Part shown: one piece after another, positions 1-9,406 of the stretch
Layout of the letters: the number at the start of each line of letters is the position of its first letter
How positions within the stretch are numbered: position 1 is the first letter of the stretch
From: an uncultured delta proteobacterium
GTDB lineage: Bacteria; Desulfobacterota; Binatia; Binatales; Binataceae
DNA: 64,000 bases
Reading direction: 5' to 3'
NCBI GenBank assembly: GCA_963724765.1
Contig: CAVRVY010000001.1
Coordinates: forward strand, 992,001-1,056,000
Made by a program: the position numbers and the translations under genes
The notes under the pieces: generated by a model
Told to the model about the DNA's origin: nothing
The model's database searches: none
The model's input: only the letters and a program-made list of their open reading frames with translations

Positions 1-207
1 TATGGCCGCGTCCCGGCGTCGGATCGGCCCTCGCTACTGGGCGAGTTGGCGCGGGGCGCAAGCGAGATACACTTCGCGGCGTCGTTCGGCCCGCGTCGCG
101 CACCGGGCGACGAGGCTAAGGACGATACGGTTGTAGAAGTTGTCGAAGCCGACTCCCATCGCGTCGATATGGACGACGCCGAGACGCCCGTCGAGACGCC
201 CGAGTAG
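1..207 (+). CDS. C-terminal end of a hypothetical protein of the integrated element (partial)
   Basis: Frame 1 is open from the window edge to TAG at 205-207 (YGRVPASDRPSLLGEL...ETPVETPE*). Same strand as the downstream element genes. Confidence 0.4.
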   Translation, partial: YGRVPASDRPSLLGELARGASEIHFAASFGPRRAPGDEAKDDTVVEVVEADSHRVDMDDAETPVETPE

Positions 208-676
208 CCCGGAAAGCGTCGAAACCCCCGAATAAACCTGCTGGGCTCACGACGCCACTAAAAATTTCTCGCCCTTGTATCGCGAATAAAACAATGTGTC
301 GCGCCAACTGTGGAGCTGCGTCGCCGAAAAAAGAGTTTGAGATCGAGTGGTCGAAAAGTGGCGCGCCCGAGGCCCAAATACATGAACAACAAGCACAACG
401 CACCGACGACGCCCTCGACGACGACGCCTTGGTATCGCTATCGCGATCAACGAATGGCGCATACCCGAGAGCTGCGACAGCTCGCGATCCACTCCCAGGG
501 GGCGCCGCGATGCGGCCGATGTGAGATCGTGCTCGAATTCCGACCCGCGGGCGAACCATGCCGCATCGCGCAGTGCCCGTTGTCGCGACCCGCGGATCGC
601 GACACGCTGCGCATGCCCTAATCGCGTCTACCGCTACCCCCTTTGTCCGCCGAAAAGCCGTGAGACTATTATCTCA

Positions 677-1063
677 GTGCTACCCACCGCACATCGCCAC
701 GCGAACGGCGCGTCTCCGGTCCTGAGCCTCGATGCGCCGGTGTCCTCGCTCGACGCGCTCGACTCGACGACGCTCTCGGCCCTCACGCCCGCACAGCTCG
801 CCAGCCTGATCGCGCGCCTAGCCGCGCTTCAGTCGAGCATCGCATCCGCGATGTTCCAGCACGCGATCATTCCCCACAACGCCAAGGACACGGCACCTGC
901 CCGCTGGCTCGACGCCGACGAAGCCGCCGCGATCCTCCACAAGCCGCGCCGATGGCTATTCGACAACGCGAAGCGCTACGCCTGGATCAAACGCGTAAGT
1001 CGCAAGTCGCTCCTCGTCGATGAGGCGGCGATGCTGCGCTGGATCGCCTCGCGCACTCGCTGA
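677..1063 (+). CDS. Excisionase-like helix-turn-helix protein
   Basis: C-terminal RWLDADEAAAILHKPRRWLF...VDEAAMLRWI matches the Xis/HTH_17 pattern and lies just upstream of the integrase. Start uncertain; GTG 677 chosen within ORF 521..1063. Confidence 0.65.
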   Translation: MLPTAHRHANGASPVLSLDAPVSSLDALDSTTLSALTPAQLASLIARLAALQSSIASAMFQHAIIPHNAKDTAPARWLDADEAAAILHKPRRWLFDNAKRYAWIKRVSRKSLLVDEAAMLRWIASRTR

Positions 1064-1085
1064 CGCTCGCCCTCGACGGCCGCCT

Positions 1086-1094
1086 TGTGGATAA
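1086..1094 (-). promoter_or_regulatory. Perfect DnaA box (TTATCCACA)
   Basis: TGTGGATAA on + is TTATCCACA on -. Single copy, ~40 bp upstream of the promoter. Confidence 0.35.
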
Positions 1095-1132
1095 CCGATC
1101 AAAATAAACCTGCGCTTCGCTCTCTGTAGTGT

Positions 1133-1160
1133 TTGACATAATTATGCTTTTATGTATAAT
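1133..1160 (+). promoter_or_regulatory. Consensus sigma70 promoter TTGACA-N16-TATAAT with overlapping palindrome CATAATTATG
   Basis: TTGACA at 1133-1138 and TATAAT at 1155-1160 in an AT-rich patch. Palindrome at 1137-1146. Confidence 0.8.
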
Positions 1161-1166
1161 TAGATC

Positions 1167-1340
1167 ATGAAGCGCAGGGGAGACGCGAAAGAGCCCACCA
1201 TGAAGATCACGACCATCCGCATGCCCGACCCGCTGCTCAAGCGCGTCAAGATCCGTGCCGTCGAAGAGGGTACGACCTTCCAGGCGCTTTTAATCGAAGC
1301 GCTTGAAGCGTATCTGAAGGGCCACAAGAAGCAGGGCTGA
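1167..1340 (+). CDS. Ribbon-helix-helix (CopG/Arc/ParG-like) regulator, 57 aa (absent from ORF track)
   Basis: MKRRGDAKEPTMKITTIRMPDPLLKRVKIRAVEEGTTFQALLIEALEAYLKGHKKQG*: beta-strand TTIRMP followed by two helices. Alternative ATG at 1200. Confidence 0.8.
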   Translation: MKRRGDAKEPTMKITTIRMPDPLLKRVKIRAVEEGTTFQALLIEALEAYLKGHKKQG

Positions 1341-1387
1341 CGCGACGCGACGCACCGCGCCCAAATCGCACCAGGAGGAACCGGGCG

Positions 1388-2518
1388 ATGACCAACAACG
1401 AAACCGCGAACGCACCCGAAGCGAAAGTCGAGACGAAGGCCCACGGGCGCGAAAAGGGCAGGGCGCGCGGACTCGGCTCGCTTTTCAAGCGCGGCAACAC
1501 CTTCTGGATCTGCTACTACCGCGACGGGCGCCGCTACCGCGAATCCGCCGACTCCGACAAGGAAACCATCGCCGCGAAGCTCTTGAAGCGCCGCCTGGCC
1601 GACGCCGCTTCAGGCAAACCGATCGGCCCGGAAGTCGAAAAGACCACGCTTTCGGACCTCCAGGGGATCCTGCTCGATCACTACCGCATGAACGGCAAGC
1701 GTTCGACCCGACGCGTCGCGCAAGCCCTAGATCACCTTCTCGCCCACTTCGATCCCTCCTCACGCGCCAACGCCATCACGGGTGATCGCGTCAACCGTTA
1801 TGTCGTCGAGCGTCAGGAACAGGGCGCCGCCAACGCGACGATCAACCGCGAACTCGCCGCACTCAAGCGCGCCTTCCATCTCGCCCATCGCGTAGGCCGT
1901 GTCGCGACCATCCCGTTCATCACCATGCTTGCCGAAGACAACGCGCGCCAAGGCTTCGCCGAGGCGGCCGACTTCGACGCGATCCATGCCCTATTGCCCG
2001 AGCACCTCCAAGACCCGATCCGCTTCCTCTACCTCTCGGGCTGGCGCGTCGGTGAGATGAAGACCCTCGAATGGCGCGACGTGTATACGGACGCCATCCG
2101 CCTGCGCTCCGAGAACAGCAAAAACGGTAAGGGCCGCGAGCTTCCCCTGTTGGGTGAGCTTGCCGCGATCCTCGATCGCGCCCGCGATACGCGCCGTCTC
2201 GACTGTCCATACGTCTTCCATCGCGACGGCAAACAGCTTCGCGACTTCCGCGGCGCCTGGGCATCGGCGTGCGCGAAGGCGGGTCATGCCCAGCTCCTCG
2301 TTCATGATCTCCGCCGCAGCGCGATTCGCAACATGACCCGCGCCGGCGTGGGCGAGCGGATTGCGATGGCGATTTCGGGCCACAAGACGCGCTCGACGTT
2401 CGACCGTTACAACATCACGACCGGTGACGACCTGCGCCATGCGGTCGAGGCGGTTCAAGACTTCCTCTCCAACCAGCCCGCCGAATCGCGCGTCACCGCC
2501 CTGCGAGAGGCGAAGTAG
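1388..2518 (+). CDS. Tyrosine recombinase/integrase
   Basis: N-terminal arm-binding region (GSLFKRGNTFWICYY); catalytic motifs SGWRVGE, SKNG, HDLRR, GHKT and RYNI; adjacent to a tRNA; SD aggagg. Confidence 0.95.
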   Translation: MTNNETANAPEAKVETKAHGREKGRARGLGSLFKRGNTFWICYYRDGRRYRESADSDKETIAAKLLKRRLADAASGKPIGPEVEKTTLSDLQGILLDHYRMNGKRSTRRVAQALDHLLAHFDPSSRANAITGDRVNRYVVERQEQGAANATINRELAALKRAFHLAHRVGRVATIPFITMLAEDNARQGFAEAADFDAIHALLPEHLQDPIRFLYLSGWRVGEMKTLEWRDVYTDAIRLRSENSKNGKGRELPLLGELAAILDRARDTRRLDCPYVFHRDGKQLRDFRGAWASACAKAGHAQLLVHDLRRSAIRNMTRAGVGERIAMAISGHKTRSTFDRYNITTGDDLRHAVEAVQDFLSNQPAESRVTALREAK

Positions 2519-2669
2519 AGCATGGACGCCGCCTCGCGCACGGAAACCGTCTGTCTGACCGCAAGGTTAGCCACATTTCGTCCACAATTTCGTCGAAATT
2601 GGCCCTCCGCACGCCCGTGCCCGAGGTGCGCTCATTCGCGTAATCCTTTGAATATATTGAGATTTCGAG

Positions 2670-2755
2670 TGGTGCCGAGGGCGGGACTTGAACCCGCATG
2701 TGCTTACCCACGGAGGATTTTGAGTCCTCTGCGTCTGCCATTTCGCCACCTCGGC
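2670..2755 (-). tRNA. tRNA-Leu(CAA)
   Basis: GCCGAGG...GAGGA CT CAA AA TCCTC, long variable arm, GGTTCAAGTCC, CCTCGGC A CCA: full cloverleaf with encoded CCA. Confidence 0.97.
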
Positions 2756-3081
2756 ATCGGGGTGGTTGTGCCGCGCCGACCGCCCGCTAGCGCGTCGCGA
2801 CATCGCAGTGCCGTGATTGTGCCAGACCCGAGCGCGCGCTCACAAGTGCGCCCGCCTCAAAGGTGACCGGCATGAGATTGTAGTTTTCAGTCCCGCCATA
2901 AACGTGTCGCCGCAAAATAATGGCACTGGAGCGGAGACCGCGCTTATAGAGTTTGTCAGGGGCTTTTCGTGAGGTCTTCAACAAATCTACTTTTTTGAAG
3001 ATGGTGCGACATTTGCTTTCTCGCTTGGCCCGTGGGGGTCGATATACCGCTTACACGCGCGCCGGGGGAGAAGTATCACCG

Positions 3082-4179
3082 ATGAATCTGAATCGTTTGA
3101 TCAAGGGCGCGGCATTGGCGCTCGTCGTCTCGATGTTGGCCGGAATCGAACTGTCGCACGCGTGCTCCCGGGTGCTGTGGGTCAGGAGCGGACAGCCGGT
3201 TTTGGTTGGTCGCACCATGGATTGGTTCGAGCCGATGGAAACCAATCTGTGGACCCTCCCCCGCGGGATCAAACGCAGCGGTCTGGCGGGTAAGAACTCA
3301 CTGCACTGGACTTCCAAGTACGGCAGCGTGGCCGCAGTGGTTTACGGTTTCGCCTCGGCCGATGGCATGAATGAAAAGGGGCTCGACGCGAATATTTTGT
3401 GGCTCGCCGAAGCTGACTTCGGCAGCCGCGACGACAAGCTGCCCGGACTCTCGGTGAGCCTGTGGGCGCAATACTATCTCGACAACTTTGCGACCGTGGC
3501 TGAAGCGATCGCGGCCACCGAGCAAGGCCGCTTCCAGCTCGTGCCGGTCACGATAGGGATCAAGGAAAAGATGTCCTCAACGGTGCATCTGTCGCTGGCC
3601 GATAAAACTGGCGACTCGGCGATCATCGAATATATTGGCGGCAAGACGAAGCTTTATCACAGCCGAAATTACACCGTTATGACCAACTCGCCGACTTTCG
3701 ACCGGCAGCTCGAACTGGCGCGGGACTACCAGGGGCTGGGGGGAGATAAACCGTTGCCGGGCACCAGCGAGGCGTCGGATCGTTTCGTGCGCGCCAGCTA
3801 TTACCTCAAGTACCTGCCCGGACCAGGGAACTACCGCGCGGCGGTGGCCGGAGTGCTGAGCGTGATGCGCAATGTTTCGGCGCCGTTTGGGGTCAACGAG
3901 CCGGGGAAGCCCAATATCTCGGCGACCATCTTTTGCACGGTCGCCGACCTGACCAACGGCATCTATTATTATGATTCCACGCTCAGTCCGAATATCGTGT
4001 GGCTCGATCTGCGCAAGCTCAATCTGGCCGCGGGCGCGCCGGTGGAAAAACTCGACCTGATTGGCAATCCGGGCCTGGTCGGTGATGTCACCGCCAGGTT
4101 CAGTCCCGCCACGCCGTTCAAGTTCATGCGCGCCGGAGAGCAAAAGGTTGAGGTTTTCCAGACTCCGCCGGGAGCGTGA
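3082..4179 (+). CDS. Linear amide C-N hydrolase (penicillin V acylase/choloylglycine hydrolase family), secreted
   Basis: Signal peptide ending SHA|CSR exposes the N-terminal Cys nucleophile; GRTMDW, DGMNEKGL and MTNSP motifs. Confidence 0.9.
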   Translation: MNLNRLIKGAALALVVSMLAGIELSHACSRVLWVRSGQPVLVGRTMDWFEPMETNLWTLPRGIKRSGLAGKNSLHWTSKYGSVAAVVYGFASADGMNEKGLDANILWLAEADFGSRDDKLPGLSVSLWAQYYLDNFATVAEAIAATEQGRFQLVPVTIGIKEKMSSTVHLSLADKTGDSAIIEYIGGKTKLYHSRNYTVMTNSPTFDRQLELARDYQGLGGDKPLPGTSEASDRFVRASYYLKYLPGPGNYRAAVAGVLSVMRNVSAPFGVNEPGKPNISATIFCTVADLTNGIYYYDSTLSPNIVWLDLRKLNLAAGAPVEKLDLIGNPGLVGDVTARFSPATPFKFMRAGEQKVEVFQTPPGA

Positions 4180-4232
4180 TCTGCTCCCGGCGCCGCGCAA
4201 GCGGAATGCGCCGGCGGAGCTGCCCAAGCCGT

Positions 4233-5177
4233 TCAGCGCGGCAGGAATTCGTTGATCACTCCGCCAATCAAATCCTTCGACGCGATGCGGTCGAGCGTGT
4301 CGAGGTCCCATCCCCCCTCGCGATAGAGCGAGCGCGCCGGCTCGGGCTCGGCGTAGATGCCAACGAGGTCGCCGCCGACCACGAACGTGCGGCCGTTGAC
4401 GTTCACGGCCGCGTCAGTACATAGCCACACCACCAGCGCCGCGACGTGCTCGGGCTTGTTCTGCAAGCCGCTGCGATCGATCGCCGGCGCCGCCGTCGGC
4501 CCCAGCGTCGCGCGCATCCGTTCCATCGCGTCCGCCACGCCCTCGTCGAACAGCCGCGTCGCCGCGCGCGGCCGTATCGCGTTGCATCGCACGCCATAGC
4601 GCCCGAGATCGCGCGCGATGGTGCGCGTCAGCCCGACGATTCCCTCCTTGGCCGCCGAATAACTCGCCTGCCCAAAATGGCCGAGGCCCGACTCTGAGGC
4701 AGTGTTGACGATCACGCCGCTCTTCTGCTCGCGGAAGATCGGACTGGCGAACCGAATCGTGGTGAAATGGCCCTTTAGGTGCACCGACATCATCGAGTCC
4801 CAGTCGTCCTCGGTCATGTGAAAGATTATTTTCGGGCGCACGGCTCCGGCATTGTTGATGAGGATGTCGAGCTTGCCGAACGAATCAATTGCGGTCTTGA
4901 CGATGCGCTCGCCGCCTTCCATCGTGGTAACGCTGTCGATGTTTGCCACCGCCTCGCCGCCGGCGGCGCGGATTTCCGCCGCCACCTGTCCCGCGATGCT
5001 CTGGTCGGCGCCTTTGCCGAGCATGTCCGTGCCGAGATCGTTGACCACGACCTTGGCGCCTTCGGCCGCGAGCAGCATCGCCTCGGCGCGGCCGATTCCG
5101 CGGCCGGCTCCGGTTACGATTGCGACCTTGTCCTTGAGTCTTTGCTTTCCCTGTTGCGTTGCCATCGCCGTCTCCAT
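4233..5177 (-). CDS. SDR family oxidoreductase
   Basis: TGAGRGIG, NNAG and YSAAK motifs. Start uncertain (5165 or 5177). Confidence 0.92.
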   Translation of the reverse strand: METAMATQQGKQRLKDKVAIVTGAGRGIGRAEAMLLAAEGAKVVVNDLGTDMLGKGADQSIAGQVAAEIRAAGGEAVANIDSVTTMEGGERIVKTAIDSFGKLDILINNAGAVRPKIIFHMTEDDWDSMMSVHLKGHFTTIRFASPIFREQKSGVIVNTASESGLGHFGQASYSAAKEGIVGLTRTIARDLGRYGVRCNAIRPRAATRLFDEGVADAMERMRATLGPTAAPAIDRSGLQNKPEHVAALVVWLCTDAAVNVNGRTFVVGGDLVGIYAEPEPARSLYREGGWDLDTLDRIASKDLIGGVINEFLPR

Positions 5178-5308
5178 TGATTTGATGCGAGTCGCTCTGC
5201 CGGCCACGAGGTCTTGCGCGAGGTCCTGCGAAAGTTCCTGCGAAAGTTCCTGCGAGCGAGCCTATGAATAGCGCCGAATCGCGCGCCATGCGAGAGCGCC
5301 GGCGCGCC

Positions 5309-8300
5309 CTATTGACGGTTCTCCGGAAAGTTTTCGAATGAACCGCGGCGGTGGGGCTGGGCAGGGCGCGTGCCGAGCAGGTAGATTCCGCCGGCGATTG
5401 CAGAGGACATCAGCATCGCCAGCACCAGCCCGCCGATCACCGCCACTGCCAGCGGCTGCTGGACCTTGGCGCCCGCGCCATAGCCGAGCGCGAGCGGCAG
5501 CAGACCGGCTGCCGTCGCCAGCGTGGTCATCACAATCGGCCGCAGTCGCACCACCGCCGCGTCGGCCAGCGCCGTGGCGGGCACGACACCAGCGGCGACG
5601 CCGTCCTCTGCGCGATCCAGCAGCAGGATGCCGTTCTTGGACGTGATGCCCGCGACCATGATGACGCCCATGAACGACGAGATGTTGAGCGTGATTCCGG
5701 TAAGCCCGAGCGCGGCGAAGCTGCCGACCAGGCAGGCCAGCGCCGCGATCACCGTGGCCAGCGCGGGGGCCAGCCGCCCGAACTCCCACAGCATGATCAG
5801 CAGCACCATCACCAGCCCGGTTGCCATCACCAGCGCAAGTTGATGGAACGCCTGCTGCTGCTGTTTGTAGAGCCCGCCAAGCTCGAGCGACACGCCCGCC
5901 GGCAGCACCATCTTCGCGAGCCGCGGCGTGATCTCGCCGAGCGCGGTGCCGAGGTCGACGCCCTCCAGACGCGCCGTGACGGGGACGACCGGGCGCAGCC
6001 GCTCGCGCGCAAGCTCGGTGGTCTCGCCGCCCCATCGCATCTCGGCCACGGCGCTCAGCGGTACGACGGTGCCCGACGGCGTGCGCAACTGCACCTCCGA
6101 GAGCGCGGACAGGTCGCGATGGAAGTTCGGCGGATAGCGCACCCGCACGCCGATTAGCCGGTCGCCGGCGCTGAGTTGCGTCGCGACGGTGCCTTCGATC
6201 GCGGTCTCCAGCGTGGCGCGGATGTCGTCGGCGGTGAGCCCGTAACGCGCAGCGGCGCTTTGCTTGATCGCGATCTGTTCTTCGGGGCTGCTCAGCACGA
6301 TGCCGTCGAAGACGTCGACGACTCCCTTGACCGCGCCGATCTCGGCGGCGACGCGGCGCGCGGTCGCCTCGATCGCGGCCTGGTCGGCGCCGAACACCTT
6401 GACCTCGATCGGCTCGGGCACGCCTGAGAGGTCGCCGATCAGGTCCTGCAGCACTTGCGAGAACTCGATATGCACGCCGGGGACCGCGGCCAGGATGCGT
6501 CCGCGCACGTCGTCCATGATTTCGTCGATCGAGCGCGTGCGTTGCTGTTTTAGCCGCACCGAGAAGTCGCCGCGGTCCGATTCGGTGAGGAAGAATCCCA
6601 GTTGCGTGCCGGTGCGCCGAGAGAAGGCGGCGATCTCGGGTGTGGCCCTCAAAATGTCCTCGATTTTACCCAGCAGCGCGTTGGTGTCGTCGAGCGTGCT
6701 TGGCGGCGGCGCGATGTAGTCGAGCACGAAGCCGCCTTCGTCGAGCGCGGGCAGGTAATCCGTGCCCACGGCGCCGTAAAGCACGAAGGCCGCGATGAAA
6801 CAGGCCGCCGCGGCGACCAGGCCGAGCGCCGGTACCCGGATGAATGGGCGCAACTCGGCGAGAAAAGCGGCGCGCATTGCGCCGAATACCCGGCCGGGTG
6901 GGCGGCTCTCGCGCCGCCATCGTCCGATCAACTCTTCCAGCGCAGGCGTGAAGAAAACCGCAAGTGCGAGCGAGATCGCAAGGCCGCCGCCCAGCGTGAT
7001 CGCAAGTGCGCGAAAGAACAGCCCCGTAATGTCCGAGACGAACACCAGCGGCATGAAGACCGCAATCACCGTCAGCGTCGAGGCGATGAGCGGGCGGCTG
7101 AGCTCGCTAAGCGCGTTTTCGACCGCGGCGCTGGTGGGGAGTCCGGTCGAGTGGCCGCGATGGATCGCCTCGATCATGACGATCGCGTCGTCGATGAACA
7201 GTCCGATTCCGGCGGCGATCCCGCCGAGCGTCATCATGTTGAACGTCATCCCGCACAGCGCCATCACCACCAGCGTGATCGCGATAGTGCACGGCACCAC
7301 GACCGCCGCCACCAGCGCGCTCAGCACGCTCATCGTGAAAATCCATACCACCGCGACCGACAGCACCAGCCCGAGGACGATCGCGTCGCGCACGCTGGCG
7401 AGCGACTCGGCCACCAGCGCCGCCTGGTCGTAGGAGAAGGAGAAGGTGATGTCGGGGTAGCGGCGGCGGAACTCGGCGACGATCGCGCGCGCCTGCCCGG
7501 CGATCAACTCGGTATCACCGTTGGGCGTGCGCGAAATTCCCACCAGCACTGACGGACCGTTCTCGCTGGCGGTGCGGATGTAGTCCTCCATGACGCCGGG
7601 GTCCACCGAAGCGACGTCGCGCATGTGGATCGGCTGGTTGTTGATGGTCGTGATTGGCACTGCCAGCAGTTGATCGCTCTGATGGAGGCCGCCAGTGACG
7701 ACCGTGAGCAGCATCCGATGCTGGTCGAGCAGGCGGCCCGCGGATGCGATGACGTTGGCCTGCTTGAGTCCGGTCACCACCTGATCTGGCGTGAGTCCGT
7801 GCGCGAGCATCCGCGCCGGATCGAGCCGCACCACGTACTCGCGGTACTTCGCGCCGACCATCTCGACGCGGAAGACGCCCGCGATGCGATGGAGGCTCGG
7901 GACCAAATCGTAAAACGCGACGTCGGTGAGTTCGGTCAGGTTGCGCACGCGCGAGCTCAGGCTGAGATCGAGAATCGGGAAGGTTCCGGTGGTTAGCAGG
8001 CGCGTTTCGACATTAGTGCCGGGCGCCAGATGGGCGCGAGCCTCCGCCAGCGCAGCACCGAGCAGCTCGAAGCTGGTGGTGGGATCGCTGCTTTCGGCGA
8101 AGTTGACGTCGATCTCGGCGCTGCCGCGCGTGGTGGTCGAGCGCACCAGCGTGGTGCCGGCCACGCTGTAGGCCGCCTCCTCCAGCGGACGCGTCACCGC
8201 GACCAGCATCTGGCCGGCTGGAAGCTCGGCGCTGTCGGCGAGGATGATGGCGCGATGGAAGACGAACTCGGGGAAGACCGCGTGGGGAATCGATTGCGCC

Positions 8301-8368
8301 AGGATCACGCCGAGCACGCTCAGCGCGATCACGGCAAACAGCGACAGGATGGTGTTGCGGCGGCTCAT
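5309..8368 (-). CDS. RND efflux permease (AcrB/CusA/CzcA family)
   Basis: 1019 aa; GLFIDDAIVMIE, RLRPIVMTTL and PLAVAVIGGL motifs. Confidence 0.95.
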   Translation of the reverse strand: MSRRNTILSLFAVIALSVLGVILAQSIPHAVFPEFVFHRAIILADSAELPAGQMLVAVTRPLEEAAYSVAGTTLVRSTTTRGSAEIDVNFAESSDPTTSFELLGAALAEARAHLAPGTNVETRLLTTGTFPILDLSLSSRVRNLTELTDVAFYDLVPSLHRIAGVFRVEMVGAKYREYVVRLDPARMLAHGLTPDQVVTGLKQANVIASAGRLLDQHRMLLTVVTGGLHQSDQLLAVPITTINNQPIHMRDVASVDPGVMEDYIRTASENGPSVLVGISRTPNGDTELIAGQARAIVAEFRRRYPDITFSFSYDQAALVAESLASVRDAIVLGLVLSVAVVWIFTMSVLSALVAAVVVPCTIAITLVVMALCGMTFNMMTLGGIAAGIGLFIDDAIVMIEAIHRGHSTGLPTSAAVENALSELSRPLIASTLTVIAVFMPLVFVSDITGLFFRALAITLGGGLAISLALAVFFTPALEELIGRWRRESRPPGRVFGAMRAAFLAELRPFIRVPALGLVAAAACFIAAFVLYGAVGTDYLPALDEGGFVLDYIAPPPSTLDDTNALLGKIEDILRATPEIAAFSRRTGTQLGFFLTESDRGDFSVRLKQQRTRSIDEIMDDVRGRILAAVPGVHIEFSQVLQDLIGDLSGVPEPIEVKVFGADQAAIEATARRVAAEIGAVKGVVDVFDGIVLSSPEEQIAIKQSAAARYGLTADDIRATLETAIEGTVATQLSAGDRLIGVRVRYPPNFHRDLSALSEVQLRTPSGTVVPLSAVAEMRWGGETTELARERLRPVVPVTARLEGVDLGTALGEITPRLAKMVLPAGVSLELGGLYKQQQQAFHQLALVMATGLVMVLLIMLWEFGRLAPALATVIAALACLVGSFAALGLTGITLNISSFMGVIMVAGITSKNGILLLDRAEDGVAAGVVPATALADAAVVRLRPIVMTTLATAAGLLPLALGYGAGAKVQQPLAVAVIGGLVLAMLMSSAIAGGIYLLGTRPAQPHRRGSFENFPENRQ

Positions 8369-8404
8369 CGATCGGCAATCACGGCGCTCGCGGCGCGCGA
8401 TCCA

Positions 8405-9406
8405 CTACGGCGTCACGCTCGCGCGCACTTCGAGACTGTCGGAGAGCGCGTAGCCACCCGAGGTGATGACGATCTCGCCGGGCTTGAGACCCTGCGTCAC
8501 CTGTACCTCGGTTGGGGTGCGGATTCCGATGGCGACGATGGTGCGATGGGCGCGGCCGTCGCCGCCCACAGTGAAGACATAAGAGTTGTGACGTTCGGCG
8601 TCCTCGAACAGTGCGGCCGCTGGTATCACGATCGCGTCAGGGATGGAGCTCGTTGTAACGTGGACCTCGACCGAAGCGCCGATCTCACTAATCCGATCCT
8701 GGCCTGTGAACTGCACCCACACCGGCGCGGTGGTTCCACCGGGCGAGAAACTGGGAGAGATCGACCAGACGCGCGCTGGGTAGACGACGCCCGGTTTGAG
8801 CGCGGAGACGACCGTTGCGTCCATCCCGGCTTTGAGTGCGCCGAGCCGATTGATCGGGGCCTGAGCGTTGACGTAAACGCTTGAGGGATCGGCCAATTCG
8901 ACCAGGGGATCGAATTCGTTGACGATCTGGCCTGGACTCACGACGCGCTGGGTGACGAGCGCATCCTGCGGCACGCGCACCGCGATGCCCGGGCCGCCGG
9001 AGTAGCGCTTGACCGAGCGCGCCAGCGAGGCAGCCTCGTCAGGATCGATCTTTTGCGCAGCCTCGAGGCCGGCCTGTGCCGCATCCTCCTCGCGATTGAT
9101 GATATGACCGATCACCTCGCTGCGATGGACGGAATCGCCGGTGGTCACTTCGAGTCCCACGACGCGCCCGGATGCGGGTGCGCGCAGCGTAAGCGTGCGC
9201 AGCGCGGCAGTGACGCCGGGCAGCGCAATCTCGTGGCGCATCGGCTTGACCGCGACGCGCGCCGCGCTCACCGCGAGCACCACCTTGGGCGCGGTTTCGG
9301 TTGCCGCGTCGTCATCGGTCGCCGCTTTGCGGCATGCGGGCGCGCTCAGCGCGGTGAGCAGTATCAGCGCTGCGAGAAAAGGACTTAGAGCGTTGCGCGA
9401 CCTCAT
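8405..9406 (-). CDS. RND periplasmic adaptor (membrane fusion protein)
   Basis: MRSRNALSP...APAC lipoprotein-like signal; APASGRV and GLKPGEIVITSG; ATGA overlap with the tolC stop. Confidence 0.9.
   Translation of the reverse strand: MRSRNALSPFLAALILLTALSAPACRKAATDDDAATETAPKVVLAVSAARVAVKPMRHEIALPGVTAALRTLTLRAPASGRVVGLEVTTGDSVHRSEVIGHIINREEDAAQAGLEAAQKIDPDEAASLARSVKRYSGGPGIAVRVPQDALVTQRVVSPGQIVNEFDPLVELADPSSVYVNAQAPINRLGALKAGMDATVVSALKPGVVYPARVWSISPSFSPGGTTAPVWVQFTGQDRISEIGASVEVHVTTSSIPDAIVIPAAALFEDAERHNSYVFTVGGDGRAHRTIVAIGIRTPTEVQVTQGLKPGEIVITSGGYALSDSLEVRASVTP

Larger units (their letters stand above)
1..2670. mobile_element. End of an integrative element/prophage-like island inserted at tRNA-Leu (continues left of window)
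   Basis: xis-like + RHH + integrase lie directly beyond the tRNA 3' end, with an AT-rich att-flanking stretch at 2641-2669. Confidence 0.75.

Noticed and set aside
1086-1160. Replication origin
   Set aside because: Only one DnaA box and no iterons or rep gene visible.
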